From positions 992,001 through 1,056,000 of the forward strand of contig CAWBZV010000003.1 in NCBI GenBank assembly GCA_963793305.1: 64,000 nucleotides of DNA, in the 5' to 3' direction. Below are positions 41,935 to 51,865 of this stretch, piece after piece. Positions within the stretch are counted from its first letter, which is position 1; every line of letters begins with the position of its first letter. A model generated the notes under the pieces. It saw only the letters and a list, made by a program, of their open reading frames with translations, did no database searches and was not told the origin of the DNA. The position numbers and the translations under genes are program-made. Source of the DNA: an uncultured Gemmatimonadales bacterium (GTDB lineage Bacteria; Gemmatimonadota; Gemmatimonadetes; Gemmatimonadales; Gemmatimonadaceae).

Positions 41935-43240
41935 CCCCGGCCCCGGGTCGGTTTTAGCCAATCAGACCGTTGTAGTCCGCGGCGATCGGATCGTTCAAGT
42001 CGGTGATGCCGCGCGCGTCACGATTCCGCCGAACGCCCGGGTGATCGACGCCACCGGCCAGTATCTCATTCCTGGCCTGTGGGACATGCACGTCCACTCG
42101 GTGTTCGGCGACTGGTTCCCCGGCGGCCGCGACGTGATCCTGCCGCTCTACATCGCGAACGGCGTCACCGGCGTTCGCGATATGGGCGGCGAGCTCAAGG
42201 TGCTGCAAGGCTGGCGCGACTCCATCAGCGCCGGCACGCTGGTTGGGCCGCGCATGATCATCTCGGGGCCGATGCTCGACGGCTATCTCGCTGACGGGAA
42301 AAGCATGCGGTTCCCGAGCTCCATCCCGGTCACGACGCCTGATGACGCCGTTCGCGCCGTGCGCCTGCTCGCATCGCAGCACGCCGATTTCATCAAGGTG
42401 CAGTCCGAGGTCCCGCACGACGCGTACTTCGCCGCCGCCGCGGAGGCCCATCGACTCGGCCTCCCGATCGTCGGCCACGTGCCGTGGCGAGTCCGCATCG
42501 ATGAGACGATCACGGCCGGCCAGGCCAGCATCGAGCATCTCATGGGATTGTTCGAAGCGTGCGGGACGCAAGAGGACCAGTTCATCGCCGGCAAAGGCAA
42601 CCTGCAGCTCCTGCTCGACAGCTACGACAAGGCCCGGTGCGACGCCGTCATCAAGCGCGTCGCCCAGGCGCACATCGCCCAGTGCCCGACGCTGTACTGG
42701 CAAAAGGGCGAGACGCTGCTCGATCTCATCGATCAGGAGCATCAGCCGCTTGCCCGGTACGTCCCAATGAGTTGGCGAACGGGCGCGTGGAAGCAGTTCA
42801 GCGATGCGATCATGGGCGATATCCGCAAGGATCCGCTGGAGCGACGACAAGAGTATTGGCGTCGCCAGCTGGTCATGACTGGCGCGCTCTATCACGCCGG
42901 CGTGTTGTTGCTCGCTGGGACCGATGCCGCGCCTGGTGTGTTTGTCGTGCCAGGGTTCAGCCTGCACGACGAACTGGCGGAGTTTGTCGAAGCCGGCCTG
43001 ACGCCTATGGATGCGTTGCGGACGGCGACGAGCAATGCCGCGCAGTTTCTGAAACTCAACGACATCGGCCGCGTCTCACCGGGGGCCCGCGCCGATCTTG
43101 TTCTCCTGTCAGCTAATCCACTCGACGCCATACGCAACACCGCCTCTATTGTCACTGTTGTCGCCAACGGCCGGGTGTTCGACCGCACGGGGTTATCAGA
43201 TCTGCTCACCGGCGTCGAGCGGGCGGCGCACTCTCCGTAG
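41879..43240 (+). CDS. Amidohydrolase family protein
   Basis: LIPGLWDMHVH, NGVTGVRDMG, VGHV, SIEH, AGTD, ADLVLL. Confidence 0.92.
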   Translation: MILALCLQVLAIAHATVIDPGPGSVLANQTVVVRGDRIVQVGDAARVTIPPNARVIDATGQYLIPGLWDMHVHSVFGDWFPGGRDVILPLYIANGVTGVRDMGGELKVLQGWRDSISAGTLVGPRMIISGPMLDGYLADGKSMRFPSSIPVTTPDDAVRAVRLLASQHADFIKVQSEVPHDAYFAAAAEAHRLGLPIVGHVPWRVRIDETITAGQASIEHLMGLFEACGTQEDQFIAGKGNLQLLLDSYDKARCDAVIKRVAQAHIAQCPTLYWQKGETLLDLIDQEHQPLARYVPMSWRTGAWKQFSDAIMGDIRKDPLERRQEYWRRQLVMTGALYHAGVLLLAGTDAAPGVFVVPGFSLHDELAEFVEAGLTPMDALRTATSNAAQFLKLNDIGRVSPGARADLVLLSANPLDAIRNTASIVTVVANGRVFDRTGLSDLLTGVERAAHSP

Positions 43241-43714
43241 CCGTTCATGGCGTCCGAGTGTCTCGGCGCCGGCCGCGGGGCCCGGACGCATCACAACGTC
43301 CTTCGGTCCGATAATCTGCCGCGTCGCGCGGTCGAGCATCGCCGGGTCGATGCGTCGTCCCGTTCCCCGATCGACCATCTCGAGGGTCACCCCGTCGGGT
43401 GAGAGCCATTTCGTTCCCCACCGGATGAGCATGACGATGATCGGCCAGAGATCCCACGCCTTGTCCGTCGGCACGTACTCGTAGCGCGGCGGTCGGCGTT
43501 GGTACCGGCGGCGCTCGAGCAATCCATCCGCGACGAGCGACGCCAGCCGCTGCGTCAGGATGTTCGGTGCGATCCCGAGGTCGACCTCGAAGTCATCGAA
43601 TCGCCGGAACCCCAGCATGACGTCGCGCAGGATCAGTATGCGCCAACCGTCGCCGATCTGAGCCATACTGCGGGCGATCGGACATTCCATCTCCGGGAAC
43701 TGTGATCGAGCCAT
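43196..43714 (-). CDS. HxlR family winged-helix regulator
   Basis: CPIARSMAQIGDGW.ILILRD, RRFDDF...LGIAPNILTQRL, RYEY; N-terminal Cys may be a redox sensor. Confidence 0.92.
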   Translation of the reverse strand: MARSQFPEMECPIARSMAQIGDGWRILILRDVMLGFRRFDDFEVDLGIAPNILTQRLASLVADGLLERRRYQRRPPRYEYVPTDKAWDLWPIIVMLIRWGTKWLSPDGVTLEMVDRGTGRRIDPAMLDRATRQIIGPKDVVMRPGPAAGAETLGRHERLRRVRRPLDAGEQI

Positions 43715-43732
43715 ACCGATTACAGTAGCCGA

Positions 43733-43755
43733 GTGACTTGCTATTAGCAAGTTAC
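43733..43755. promoter_or_regulatory. Palindromic operator between hxlR and the divergent gene
   Basis: GTGACTTGCTA-T-TAGCAAGTTAC (arms match at 10 of 11 positions). Confidence 0.75.
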
Positions 43756-43811
43756 AGAAACGGCGTGGGACTCACGGCACCATCACGCTCGTCCACTAAG
43801 GAGAATGGGGT

Positions 43812-44084
43812 ATGTCACGCTCTATCTTGCTCACCGGACTCGTCGTCGCGGCACTCGCAGCCGCACCGAGATCGACCTACGCGCAAAGTGTCAACGGCCC
43901 GCGCGCATTGCTCGCTCACGTCGAGGGTCCCATCCCCTCGTTCGCCACGCGCGCGGCGACGCCGATCGATGGCGAGCGCGCGTTGCTGGCGACCAGAATC
44001 ACCGAGCCGGCACGTCCATCATATGTATTCGTCGTACCGGTCGTGCCGACTGGCGGAGCGTACGCGCTGCTCGTCCGCCGCTGA
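43812..44084 (+). CDS. Small secreted hypothetical protein with internal G..ALL repeats
   Basis: RBS TAAGGAG; signal peptide; NGPRALLA, DGERALLA, GGAYALLV. Confidence 0.7.
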   Translation: MSRSILLTGLVVAALAAAPRSTYAQSVNGPRALLAHVEGPIPSFATRAATPIDGERALLATRITEPARPSYVFVVPVVPTGGAYALLVRR

Positions 44085-44133
44085 CGCCAGATGATCGTTG
44101 ACAGGGCCGTCATTTGGCCGTACTCATGGCCCC

Positions 44134-44685
44134 GTGACGGCCTCGCTGCAAGAACAACACGTCGACGCGGGTGATGAGGCGCTACTCGCACAGATCCGCG
44201 CTGGCGACGTCGCTGCCTTCGAGCAACTGTTTCGCCGGTACGCCGAGCCGCTCTATGACTGTGCGTACGGGTATGTCGGCTCGCGCAACGTCGCACAGGA
44301 GGTCGTGCAGCAACTGTTCGTCACGCTGTGGGAGCGACGGCGCGTGTGGCAGGTGTCCAGCACGGTCGTCACGTATCTCTATCGCGCCGTGCGGAATGGA
44401 TCATTGAACGCGCTGCGTGAAGGTCGACGACGCGTGCCGCTGATGGAGCGAGTGCACGAGGCGCCCGGGATCGAACAGGAGGTCGAGGCCGCCGATTTGG
44501 CGCGGGCCGTTGCGCGCATCGTGACGCGGCTGCCGGAACGGTGCCGAGAGGTGTTTCGGCTCAATCGATACCACCATCTCACGTACGCCGAGGTGGCGCA
44601 GGTGCTGAACCTCTCGGTGAAAACCGTGGAACTTCATATGGCGCGCGCCCTCCGCGAGCTGCGCTCGAGGCTTAAATCCGACTGA
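44134..44685 (+). CDS. ECF RNA polymerase sigma-70 factor (FecI-like)
   Basis: GDVAAFEQLFRRY, YLYRAVRN, LPERCREVFRL, TYAEVA..L.LSVKTVE. Confidence 0.92.
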   Translation: MTASLQEQHVDAGDEALLAQIRAGDVAAFEQLFRRYAEPLYDCAYGYVGSRNVAQEVVQQLFVTLWERRRVWQVSSTVVTYLYRAVRNGSLNALREGRRRVPLMERVHEAPGIEQEVEAADLARAVARIVTRLPERCREVFRLNRYHHLTYAEVAQVLNLSVKTVELHMARALRELRSRLKSD

Positions 44686-44735
44686 GGATTTAAAGCCGAC
44701 TAGGGGTAACCGGCCTCGTCGCGTGTTAAGGGTCA

Positions 44736-45713
44736 ATGACACCCGACGACGCGCTGCTCGCGCGATATCTCGCGCATGAGTGTACGCCGGCCGAGGCAGC
44801 CGCCGTACGCCAGTGGATCGCCGCTGACCCGGACCGCGTTCGCGCGGTCGAACGACTTCGGGCCACATTCGACGCCGCCGCGCCGCCGCACGAGCGGCCG
44901 GATCTCGACGCGATGTGGGCCCAGGTCCGTGCTCACCACCCCGCGTCGTTGCCGCCTGCACGGCGGCGACCCTTTCCGGTGAGTATCCTCGTCGCGGCGG
45001 CCGTCCTGATCGTCGCCGTCCTCGTCGATCGCGCGGCCACGCGCCGCACGGCCACGCCTGGCGCGGTCCGCGAGATCGCCACGTCGATCGGCCAGCGCGC
45101 GACGATCGATCTCGCCGATGGAAGCCGCGTCATTCTTGGACCGCGGAGCCGCATCAGCACGCCCGAGCATTTCGGCGAGGGTCCGCGCGACGTGACCCTC
45201 GAAGGCGAGGCGTACTTCGAGGTCCATCACGATTCCACCCATCCATTTCGCGTGCACGCCGCCGGTGGTGTCGCCGAAGATATCGGCACCCGGTTCGTGG
45301 TCCGCGCGTACGCCGGCGAGCCGGCGCTTCGGGTCGTCGTCGCCGAAGGGCGCGTGTCGGTCACTCGCTCAGGTGGCGTCCCGGTCGCACTCGGCGCCGG
45401 GCAGCTCGCGAGCTTCGACGACGCCGGCACCGCGTTGGTGCGCCCGGTCGATACCGCCGCCTATGTCGCGTTCAGCGATGGCCGGCTCGTGTTCGACGGC
45501 ACGCCGCTCGACGAGGTCGTCTCCGAGTTGGGTCGCTGGTACGATCTCGATATCCGCCTCGCCGCTCCGGAGTTCGCCGGCCGCCACATCTCCGCGTCAT
45601 TCACCGGACTCGCCGAGGATGACGTCCTCGGCGCCGTCGCTGCCGCTGCCGGACTGCGATACACGCGTCAGGGTCGCACGGTCACGTTTTCTCGCGCCAG
45701 AGGTATCCCGTGA
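44736..45713 (+). CDS. fecR: FecR family anti-sigma factor
   Basis: LADGSRVILGPRS, RDVTLEGEAYFEV, DIGTRF, LVFDGTPL.EV..EL.RWY. Confidence 0.92.
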   Translation: MTPDDALLARYLAHECTPAEAAAVRQWIAADPDRVRAVERLRATFDAAAPPHERPDLDAMWAQVRAHHPASLPPARRRPFPVSILVAAAVLIVAVLVDRAATRRTATPGAVREIATSIGQRATIDLADGSRVILGPRSRISTPEHFGEGPRDVTLEGEAYFEVHHDSTHPFRVHAAGGVAEDIGTRFVVRAYAGEPALRVVVAEGRVSVTRSGGVPVALGAGQLASFDDAGTALVRPVDTAAYVAFSDGRLVFDGTPLDEVVSELGRWYDLDIRLAAPEFAGRHISASFTGLAEDDVLGAVAAAAGLRYTRQGRTVTFSRARGIP

Positions 45714-48700
45714 TGCTGCTCATTCCACTGCTGCTCGCCTTCCAGCAACCCGTGCCGATCGTCCTGGCCCAGGCCGCGCCGGTGAGCGATCACGCGAGCG
45801 ATCGAGGGCCCGCGTTCTATATGGTCCGCAAGCCCGGCGGCAAGCGTGAGGACGCGTACAACGCGGTCGCGCTCCGCCGGCGGCTGTCGCTCAATCTCCA
45901 GGACGTGCCGATCGCCGACGCGCTGTCCGCAATTACCGCACAAACTGGTATACGGTTTGTGTACATGCGCGAAGAAGTGCCCGTCGACCGGCGCGTATCG
46001 CTCGCGGCTCAGGATATTGCGCTGGCCGCCGCACTCACCGAAGTGCTGTTCGATGCCGGCGTCGATGTCGAGCTCCTGTCCGGCAACCAGGTCGCTCTCG
46101 TGAAACGACGGCCTCCCACGTCCGACGCACGCCAGCGGCGTCGCATCACGGGCCATGTGCTCGACGCGGAGACGAAATCCCCGCTTCCTGGCGCGGTCGT
46201 GACCGTGACGGGCACTGCGATCGGTGCGGTTACGTCCGACAGCGGCACGTTCGCCATCGTCGTGCCGGACAATGCGACCAGCCTGTCAGTGCGCCGCATC
46301 GGGTACCGGCAAAACTCGGTGACGATCGCCGCTGACCAGACCGACGTGACGGTCGAGCTCTCGAAAGATCCACTCAAGCTCGAGACCCAAGTCGTGACAG
46401 GCGTCGCGACGACGATCTCTTCGCGCAATGCCGCCAACGCCGTCGCGGTCGTGAGCTCGGATCAGATCAACGAAGTGCCGGCGCCGACCCTGGAGAACGC
46501 GCTGCAATCGAAGATCCCGGGTGCGATCATCGAGCAGAACAACGGCGGCGCGCCGGGCGGCGGCCTCCAGATCCAAATTCGCGGCATCACCTCGATCGAG
46601 GCCGACGCCTCACCGCTCTACGTCGTCGACGGCGTGATCGTGAACAACGAGACGACCAACAACGGCGCCAACGCGATCAGCCAGGCGAGCCTTGGCTCGC
46701 CCGGGGTCCAGAACACGCAACAATTCGAGCAGGATAATAGCCCGAACCGCCTCGCGGACATCAACCCGAACGACATCGAGTCGATCGAGGTGCTCAAAGG
46801 CTCGTCCGCCTCGGCCATCTACGGCGCGAAAGCCGCGTCCGGCGTGGTGATCATCACGACGAAGAAGGGCAGCCCGGGCAAGACCGCGTGGAATGTGACG
46901 CAGCGGTTCGGCACCTTCGAGCTCGCCAACCATCTGCCGTTGCGCACCTTCCCGACGCTCGGCAGCGCCCAGTTGTGGTACCTGAACGATGAGCACAGCG
47001 GCGACATCGGAACGCCGGCGGCATCGGCGGACAGTGCGTTGATCAAGTCGGTCTACGGCGGGCCGCAGGATTATCAGAACCAGCTCTTCGGTGGCGGCGA
47101 GCTGTCGTACGAGACCGACCTCAGCGTGCGCGGCGCGAGCGAGAGCGGCAAGACGACCTACTTCATGTCCGCGCTCACGAAATACGACAACGGCATCCTG
47201 CTCAACACCGGCTACAACAAGCAGTCGGTCCGGACCAACATCTCGCAGACCCTGTTGCCGAGCGTGACGATCTCCGGCAGCCTGTTTTACGCGAACTCGC
47301 TCACCCGGCGCGGCGTCAGCGGCAACGACAACGTCGGGATCTCGCCGTACGACGTGCTGTCGTACACGCCGCAGTTCATTAACCTGAACAACCGCAGCGC
47401 GACCGGCGTGTGGGCGCGAAACGGGTTCGGCCCGGCCAACCCGTTCGCCGACGCCGAGGAGATCCAGACACCGGAAAACGTGCACCGGTTTATCGGCGGG
47501 GGGACGGCCTCGTGGACCATGTTCCACACGGCGACCCAGAGTCTCCAGGTGTCGGTGATTGGCGGCGCCGACTACTCCGATGAGCGGGCGCAGCTCTACG
47601 CGCCGCCGGATCTGCAACAAGAGCAAAGCCTGCCGAGCGGACTGCCCGGCGTCGCGACGTCGCTTGAGGCGAACACGGAGTACCTGAACTACTCCGTGAA
47701 CTTGATCCACCACTACGTCGGCTCGTCACTCATCGACGCCACGACCTCGATTGGCCTCGCCGACGAGCGCCGGAATTTCTACAATCCGAACGCCGTCGGC
47801 CAGAACCTCGTGCCAGGCCAGAACAGCTTCACGGCCGGCTCGGTCCAGAGCGGATATTACGTTCAAACCGCGCTGCGCGACTTCTCGTTCTACGGCCAGG
47901 AGCAACTGCTGCTCTTGAACCAGCGCCTGGCGCTCACCGGCGGATTGACGGCCGAGCGAAGCTCGAACAACGGCGACGACCAGAAGTACTACTCCTACCC
48001 GAAAGTGTCGGCGTCCTATCGCATCCCACACCTGTTCAGTTTCCTGGACGAGATCAAGGCGCGCGTCGCCTACGGACAATCAGGGACCGAGCCGACCTAC
48101 GGCGTGAAGTACTCGGGCCTCGTGCAAAACGTCCTCGGCGCGACCAGCGGCACCTACACCCCGGCCGCGTACGGCGACCCGAACGTCCAGCCGGAGACGA
48201 ACACCGAGATCGAAGGCGGCATCGACGCGACGATGTTCGGGTCGCGCGCGCAGATCTCGGCGACGATCTACCAGAAGCGCATCTCGAACGTGCTGCTGCA
48301 GGAGGCCGTGAATCCGTCGTTCGGCACCTCCACGCAATGGCTGAATGGCGGCCAGTTCACCAATCGCGGGCTCGAGCTCTCGCTCGCGGCGACGCCCATC
48401 GAAATGCGCAATGGCTTCACGTGGATCTCGACGACGACCTTCTACCGGAACTACAGCGTCGTCGACAACCTGGCCATCGCGGCGTTCGACCTGCCGGAGA
48501 GCGGCGGGGGACCGTTCGGCATATTCCTCATCCAACCGGGCCGTTCGGTGTCGGAGGTCGTGAGCACCAACCCCGCGGATGTCAACAAGGCGGGCGTGCC
48601 GGTGCAGATCGGCGACGCGCAGCCGGCGTTCCAGATGGGATTCACGAACGACTTCTCGTTTGCGAGCTTCCATCTGCACAGCGTGCTCGATTGGAAGAAG

Positions 48701-49078
48701 GGCAGCACGGCCGACAACGCCAACAACCTGTACTTCGACAACTCGCTGTTCCTGCTTGACTCGGCCGCATCGGCTAAGCGGCTCATCGAGCGCGCCAATG
48801 GCGGATCGCCTTATGTGGAGGATGCGGGGTACGTCAAGCTGCGCGAGATCACCCTCTCGTATGATCTCCCGAGTGGGATCATCCACAACGTGACGCGTGG
48901 GTATCTCGCCAGCGCCAAGCTGTCGCTCTCTGGGCGCAATCTGTGGGCGAGCTTCAAGTACACCGGGCCGGATCCGGAGGTGAGCGGCGACGGCAACGTC
49001 AACATCACGCGCGGCAACGACGTGACGCAGTATCCGCCCGCTCGCAGCTACTTTGTCTCACTCGATCTGGGGTTTTGA
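45710..49078 (+). CDS. SusC/RagA family TonB-dependent receptor with N-terminal STN signalling domain
   Basis: STN-like N-terminus, CarboxypepD_reg-like domain, plug IRG...PLYVVDG, DIESIEVLKG...AIYGAKAASGV..ITTKKG, terminal Phe. Confidence 0.95.
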   Translation: MMLLIPLLLAFQQPVPIVLAQAAPVSDHASDRGPAFYMVRKPGGKREDAYNAVALRRRLSLNLQDVPIADALSAITAQTGIRFVYMREEVPVDRRVSLAAQDIALAAALTEVLFDAGVDVELLSGNQVALVKRRPPTSDARQRRRITGHVLDAETKSPLPGAVVTVTGTAIGAVTSDSGTFAIVVPDNATSLSVRRIGYRQNSVTIAADQTDVTVELSKDPLKLETQVVTGVATTISSRNAANAVAVVSSDQINEVPAPTLENALQSKIPGAIIEQNNGGAPGGGLQIQIRGITSIEADASPLYVVDGVIVNNETTNNGANAISQASLGSPGVQNTQQFEQDNSPNRLADINPNDIESIEVLKGSSASAIYGAKAASGVVIITTKKGSPGKTAWNVTQRFGTFELANHLPLRTFPTLGSAQLWYLNDEHSGDIGTPAASADSALIKSVYGGPQDYQNQLFGGGELSYETDLSVRGASESGKTTYFMSALTKYDNGILLNTGYNKQSVRTNISQTLLPSVTISGSLFYANSLTRRGVSGNDNVGISPYDVLSYTPQFINLNNRSATGVWARNGFGPANPFADAEEIQTPENVHRFIGGGTASWTMFHTATQSLQVSVIGGADYSDERAQLYAPPDLQQEQSLPSGLPGVATSLEANTEYLNYSVNLIHHYVGSSLIDATTSIGLADERRNFYNPNAVGQNLVPGQNSFTAGSVQSGYYVQTALRDFSFYGQEQLLLLNQRLALTGGLTAERSSNNGDDQKYYSYPKVSASYRIPHLFSFLDEIKARVAYGQSGTEPTYGVKYSGLVQNVLGATSGTYTPAAYGDPNVQPETNTEIEGGIDATMFGSRAQISATIYQKRISNVLLQEAVNPSFGTSTQWLNGGQFTNRGLELSLAATPIEMRNGFTWISTTTFYRNYSVVDNLAIAAFDLPESGGGPFGIFLIQPGRSVSEVVSTNPADVNKAGVPVQIGDAQPAFQMGFTNDFSFASFHLHSVLDWKKGSTADNANNLYFDNSLFLLDSAASAKRLIERANGGSPYVEDAGYVKLREITLSYDLPSGIIHNVTRGYLASAKLSLSGRNLWASFKYTGPDPEVSGDGNVNITRGNDVTQYPPARSYFVSLDLGF

Positions 49079-49080
49079 TT

Positions 49081-50526
49081 ATGCGCCGTCTAGCGATAAT
49101 CGGCATCGTGGTCGCGATCGGGTGCGACACGCCGACGGTCCCGAACTACGCGTCGCCGAACCCGGACGTGACGACTCGCGCGGGCTTGCAGACGCTCGTC
49201 ACCGGTCTCTTCGGCGGCACGCGGGGTGACCTCGTCTGGATCATCACCGAGATGTCGTCGTTCGCCCGCGACGCTGGCAATTTCACCAACACCGATCCGC
49301 GTTTCATCACGGAGTTCCTGGGCGATGGCACGCCGATCAACAACTCCGACTTCGGGGTCTTCGGCTGGAACAATCAGTTTCAGATGGTGCGCACGGCCGA
49401 CAGCGTCCTGAGCGCCCTGCCGGGTGTCAAATCACCCACCGCGTACTCGACCGGTGAGCGGGCGCAGATCACCGGCGTCGTCCAGACCATCAAGGCGCTC
49501 GACTACATGTACCTGGCCGAGCAGCGCGACACGTCGGGCGTGCCGATCGGCGGCGACAAGCTGAGCGACCTTGGGAGCCCGGCGCCGATCCTGTGCAACA
49601 AAGATGTCTGGAAGGCGATCGTCGCGATCCTCGACTCGGGGAACGCTGAGCTCAACGTCGATCCATCCGATCCGCTGGCGATCAGTCTCCCGGCTGGCTT
49701 CGGATCGGTCTCGGCCACCGCCGGATCGTTCTCCGCCTTCAATCGGGCGCTGGCTGGAAAGGCCAACCTGGAGTTGGCCTACGCGATCGCGCGGTCCAAC
49801 GCAGCGGCCGCGCCCACGCCAATGTCCGCTGGCACGCCGGACAACGCGGCCCTCCTGCGCGCCGACAGCGCGATCACGGCGTCTGCGCTGTATCAGCCCA
49901 CACAGCTCGCGCCACCGGCGTCCGGTCCCTTCGCGGATCCGGTCGCGGTATATCATTCGTTCAGCGCCACGCCTGGTGATCTCGTCAATCCGGTCAACGG
50001 CGAGATCGGTACGCTGCGTATGCTCAACGAGTTCGTCGCCAGCGTCGATACGGCGAACGATCTACGGTGGAAGGCCAAGTTTGCCCTCAACCCCGACTCG
50101 TCGCAGCAGCATGCGTACTCCGGCGTGTCGGCGCACTGGATCGTCACCTTCTACCCGGTGGTCGGGAGCCCGATACCGATCGTCCGCAATGAGGAGCTCG
50201 TGCTGATCCGTGCTCAGATCCGGCTCGGGCTCGGCGATTTGTCCGGCGCGTGGACGCTCATTAACGACGTTCGCACGCGCGTTGGCGGATTGCCGGCCGA
50301 GGCGGTGTCGGCGAGTTATGCGACGACGCGCGATGCGCTCATGCGCGAGCAGCGCATCTCGACCGTGCTCGAATCGGGCGGCGATCGCGCGATCGCGATT
50401 CGCATGTACGGGCTCGCGGCGGTCGTCGATACGACGTGGGGGGCCAGCGATACGCACGCGACGTTGATGCCGGTGCCGAACACCGAGTTTGCCAATCGAT
50501 CCTCTAGCGCACTGTCATGCCCATGA
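49081..50526 (+). CDS. RagB/SusD family nutrient-binding outer membrane lipoprotein
   Basis: Lipobox VAIGC; PIVRNEELVLIRAQ, IN.VR, EQR...ESG.R. Confidence 0.88.
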   Translation: MRRLAIIGIVVAIGCDTPTVPNYASPNPDVTTRAGLQTLVTGLFGGTRGDLVWIITEMSSFARDAGNFTNTDPRFITEFLGDGTPINNSDFGVFGWNNQFQMVRTADSVLSALPGVKSPTAYSTGERAQITGVVQTIKALDYMYLAEQRDTSGVPIGGDKLSDLGSPAPILCNKDVWKAIVAILDSGNAELNVDPSDPLAISLPAGFGSVSATAGSFSAFNRALAGKANLELAYAIARSNAAAAPTPMSAGTPDNAALLRADSAITASALYQPTQLAPPASGPFADPVAVYHSFSATPGDLVNPVNGEIGTLRMLNEFVASVDTANDLRWKAKFALNPDSSQQHAYSGVSAHWIVTFYPVVGSPIPIVRNEELVLIRAQIRLGLGDLSGAWTLINDVRTRVGGLPAEAVSASYATTRDALMREQRISTVLESGGDRAIAIRMYGLAAVVDTTWGASDTHATLMPVPNTEFANRSSSALSCP

Positions 50527-51479
50527 AACGCTGGGTCTTACTTGTCGCCCTGGTCAGTTGCTCACCCCAGCAACCCACGTGGCACGATAGTTCGCCGCAC
50601 CAGCAAGGGTTCGTCACTGTGCCCGGTGGCGTACGCCTCGAGGTACTCGATTGGGGTGGTAGCGGCCCGCCCCTGGTCTTTCTCGCTGGCCTCGAAAACA
50701 CCGCGCACGTGTTCGACGACTTCGCGCCGAGGTTTACGAAAGAATTTCACGTGTACGGCATCACGCGCCGAGGCTGGGGGGCGTCGAGTCGGGCGCCGGG
50801 TGGTCAAAACCTGTACACCATACCGGTGCTCGTTGAAGACGTGCGTGCGGTCCTCGATACCTTGCGCCTGACCAAGGTCGACCTGGTGGGTCACTCGATC
50901 GCCGGCCAAGAGCTCTCCTGGCTCGCGGCCAACTATCCGGATCGCGTTGACCGCCTCGTGTACCTCGACGCGGGCTTCGACTACCACACGCATCCCGTAC
51001 CCGGCCCACTCCCCGAACAACCGCCGCCAACAGCAGCCGAGTCGGCCTCGGCGGCTACTGGGCTGGCGTATTTCCGGCGGATGAACGATGCGCAGCTGCC
51101 CGAGGGCGACTTCCGCGCCACCGAAAGCCTGAGTGTCGCCGGTCGCGATCTCGGCCCCAAGACATCGGGCAAGATTTCCGCGGAGGTGTACAACTCGGCC
51201 GCGAGTCTCGAACCGCCGCTCGATCGCGTGCGCGGGCCGGTGCTGGCGGTCTACGATCGGCCGACGTCAATCGCCGAGTTCATCCCGTGGCTCACAGCGG
51301 GTGACACGGCAGCGACGCGCATAGCAAAATTGGCGAACGATTGGCGTGCGGCGCAGGAAACCGAGTTCCACGCGCGCGTGCCGCAGGCGGTCATTGTCGG
51401 CGCAACTGGTGCATCCCACTACGTCTTCGTGGGCGCTCCAGACTCGGTCTATCGGGCGATGCGAACGTTTCTAAAATGA
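50523..51479 (+). CDS. Alpha/beta hydrolase, probable lipoprotein
   Basis: LVSC lipobox; LDWGGSG, ITRRGWGAS, GHSIAG, LVYLDA, SHYVF. Confidence 0.9.
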   Translation: MKRWVLLVALVSCSPQQPTWHDSSPHQQGFVTVPGGVRLEVLDWGGSGPPLVFLAGLENTAHVFDDFAPRFTKEFHVYGITRRGWGASSRAPGGQNLYTIPVLVEDVRAVLDTLRLTKVDLVGHSIAGQELSWLAANYPDRVDRLVYLDAGFDYHTHPVPGPLPEQPPPTAAESASAATGLAYFRRMNDAQLPEGDFRATESLSVAGRDLGPKTSGKISAEVYNSAASLEPPLDRVRGPVLAVYDRPTSIAEFIPWLTAGDTAATRIAKLANDWRAAQETEFHARVPQAVIVGATGASHYVFVGAPDSVYRAMRTFLK

Positions 51480-51844
51480 AGCGGCGCGTGCGGCATGAGA
51501 TTCGAGAGGAGCCATGACGCACCGCCCGTGAGTCCCGCGAACTCCGCGAATTGCCCGTTGCCCTTGATGGAGCCAAAAAGTTGGCCCATGCCGACCGCGC
51601 TCACGGCGCTGAACAAGCTCGGGCGGCGCCCGAATCCATTCACCATCGTCGAAAGAAAGAGGAGCCGGTTCGTCTCCTGAGCCCTTTGCGCGCGGTCGCT
51701 AGCGGCCATCTGCATGCTCGCGCCGATTTTGCTCGCGCTATCGACCGACCGGGCGAAAATCTCGAACCGGCTCGCTGCCGGTGCGGTCATTTGCTGTGCG
51801 GCGAGACTCGGCGCCGCAATCAGGAGAAACAGGAGAGCGCGCAT
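51449..51844 (-). CDS. Secreted hypothetical protein
   Basis: Signal peptide MRALLFLLIAAPSLAA; TANNNT box just upstream of the ATG. Confidence 0.6.
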   Translation of the reverse strand: MRALLFLLIAAPSLAAQQMTAPAASRFEIFARSVDSASKIGASMQMAASDRAQRAQETNRLLFLSTMVNGFGRRPSLFSAVSAVGMGQLFGSIKGNGQFAEFAGLTGGASWLLSNLMPHAPLHFRNVRIAR

Positions 51845-51865
51845 GATCCATAATATATTGGTGCC
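51845..51865. promoter_or_regulatory. Bidirectional leaderless promoter
   Basis: 21 bp between divergent ATGs, containing TAATATATT; TATATT lies 6 nt (+) and 7 nt (-) before the respective ATG. Confidence 0.65.
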
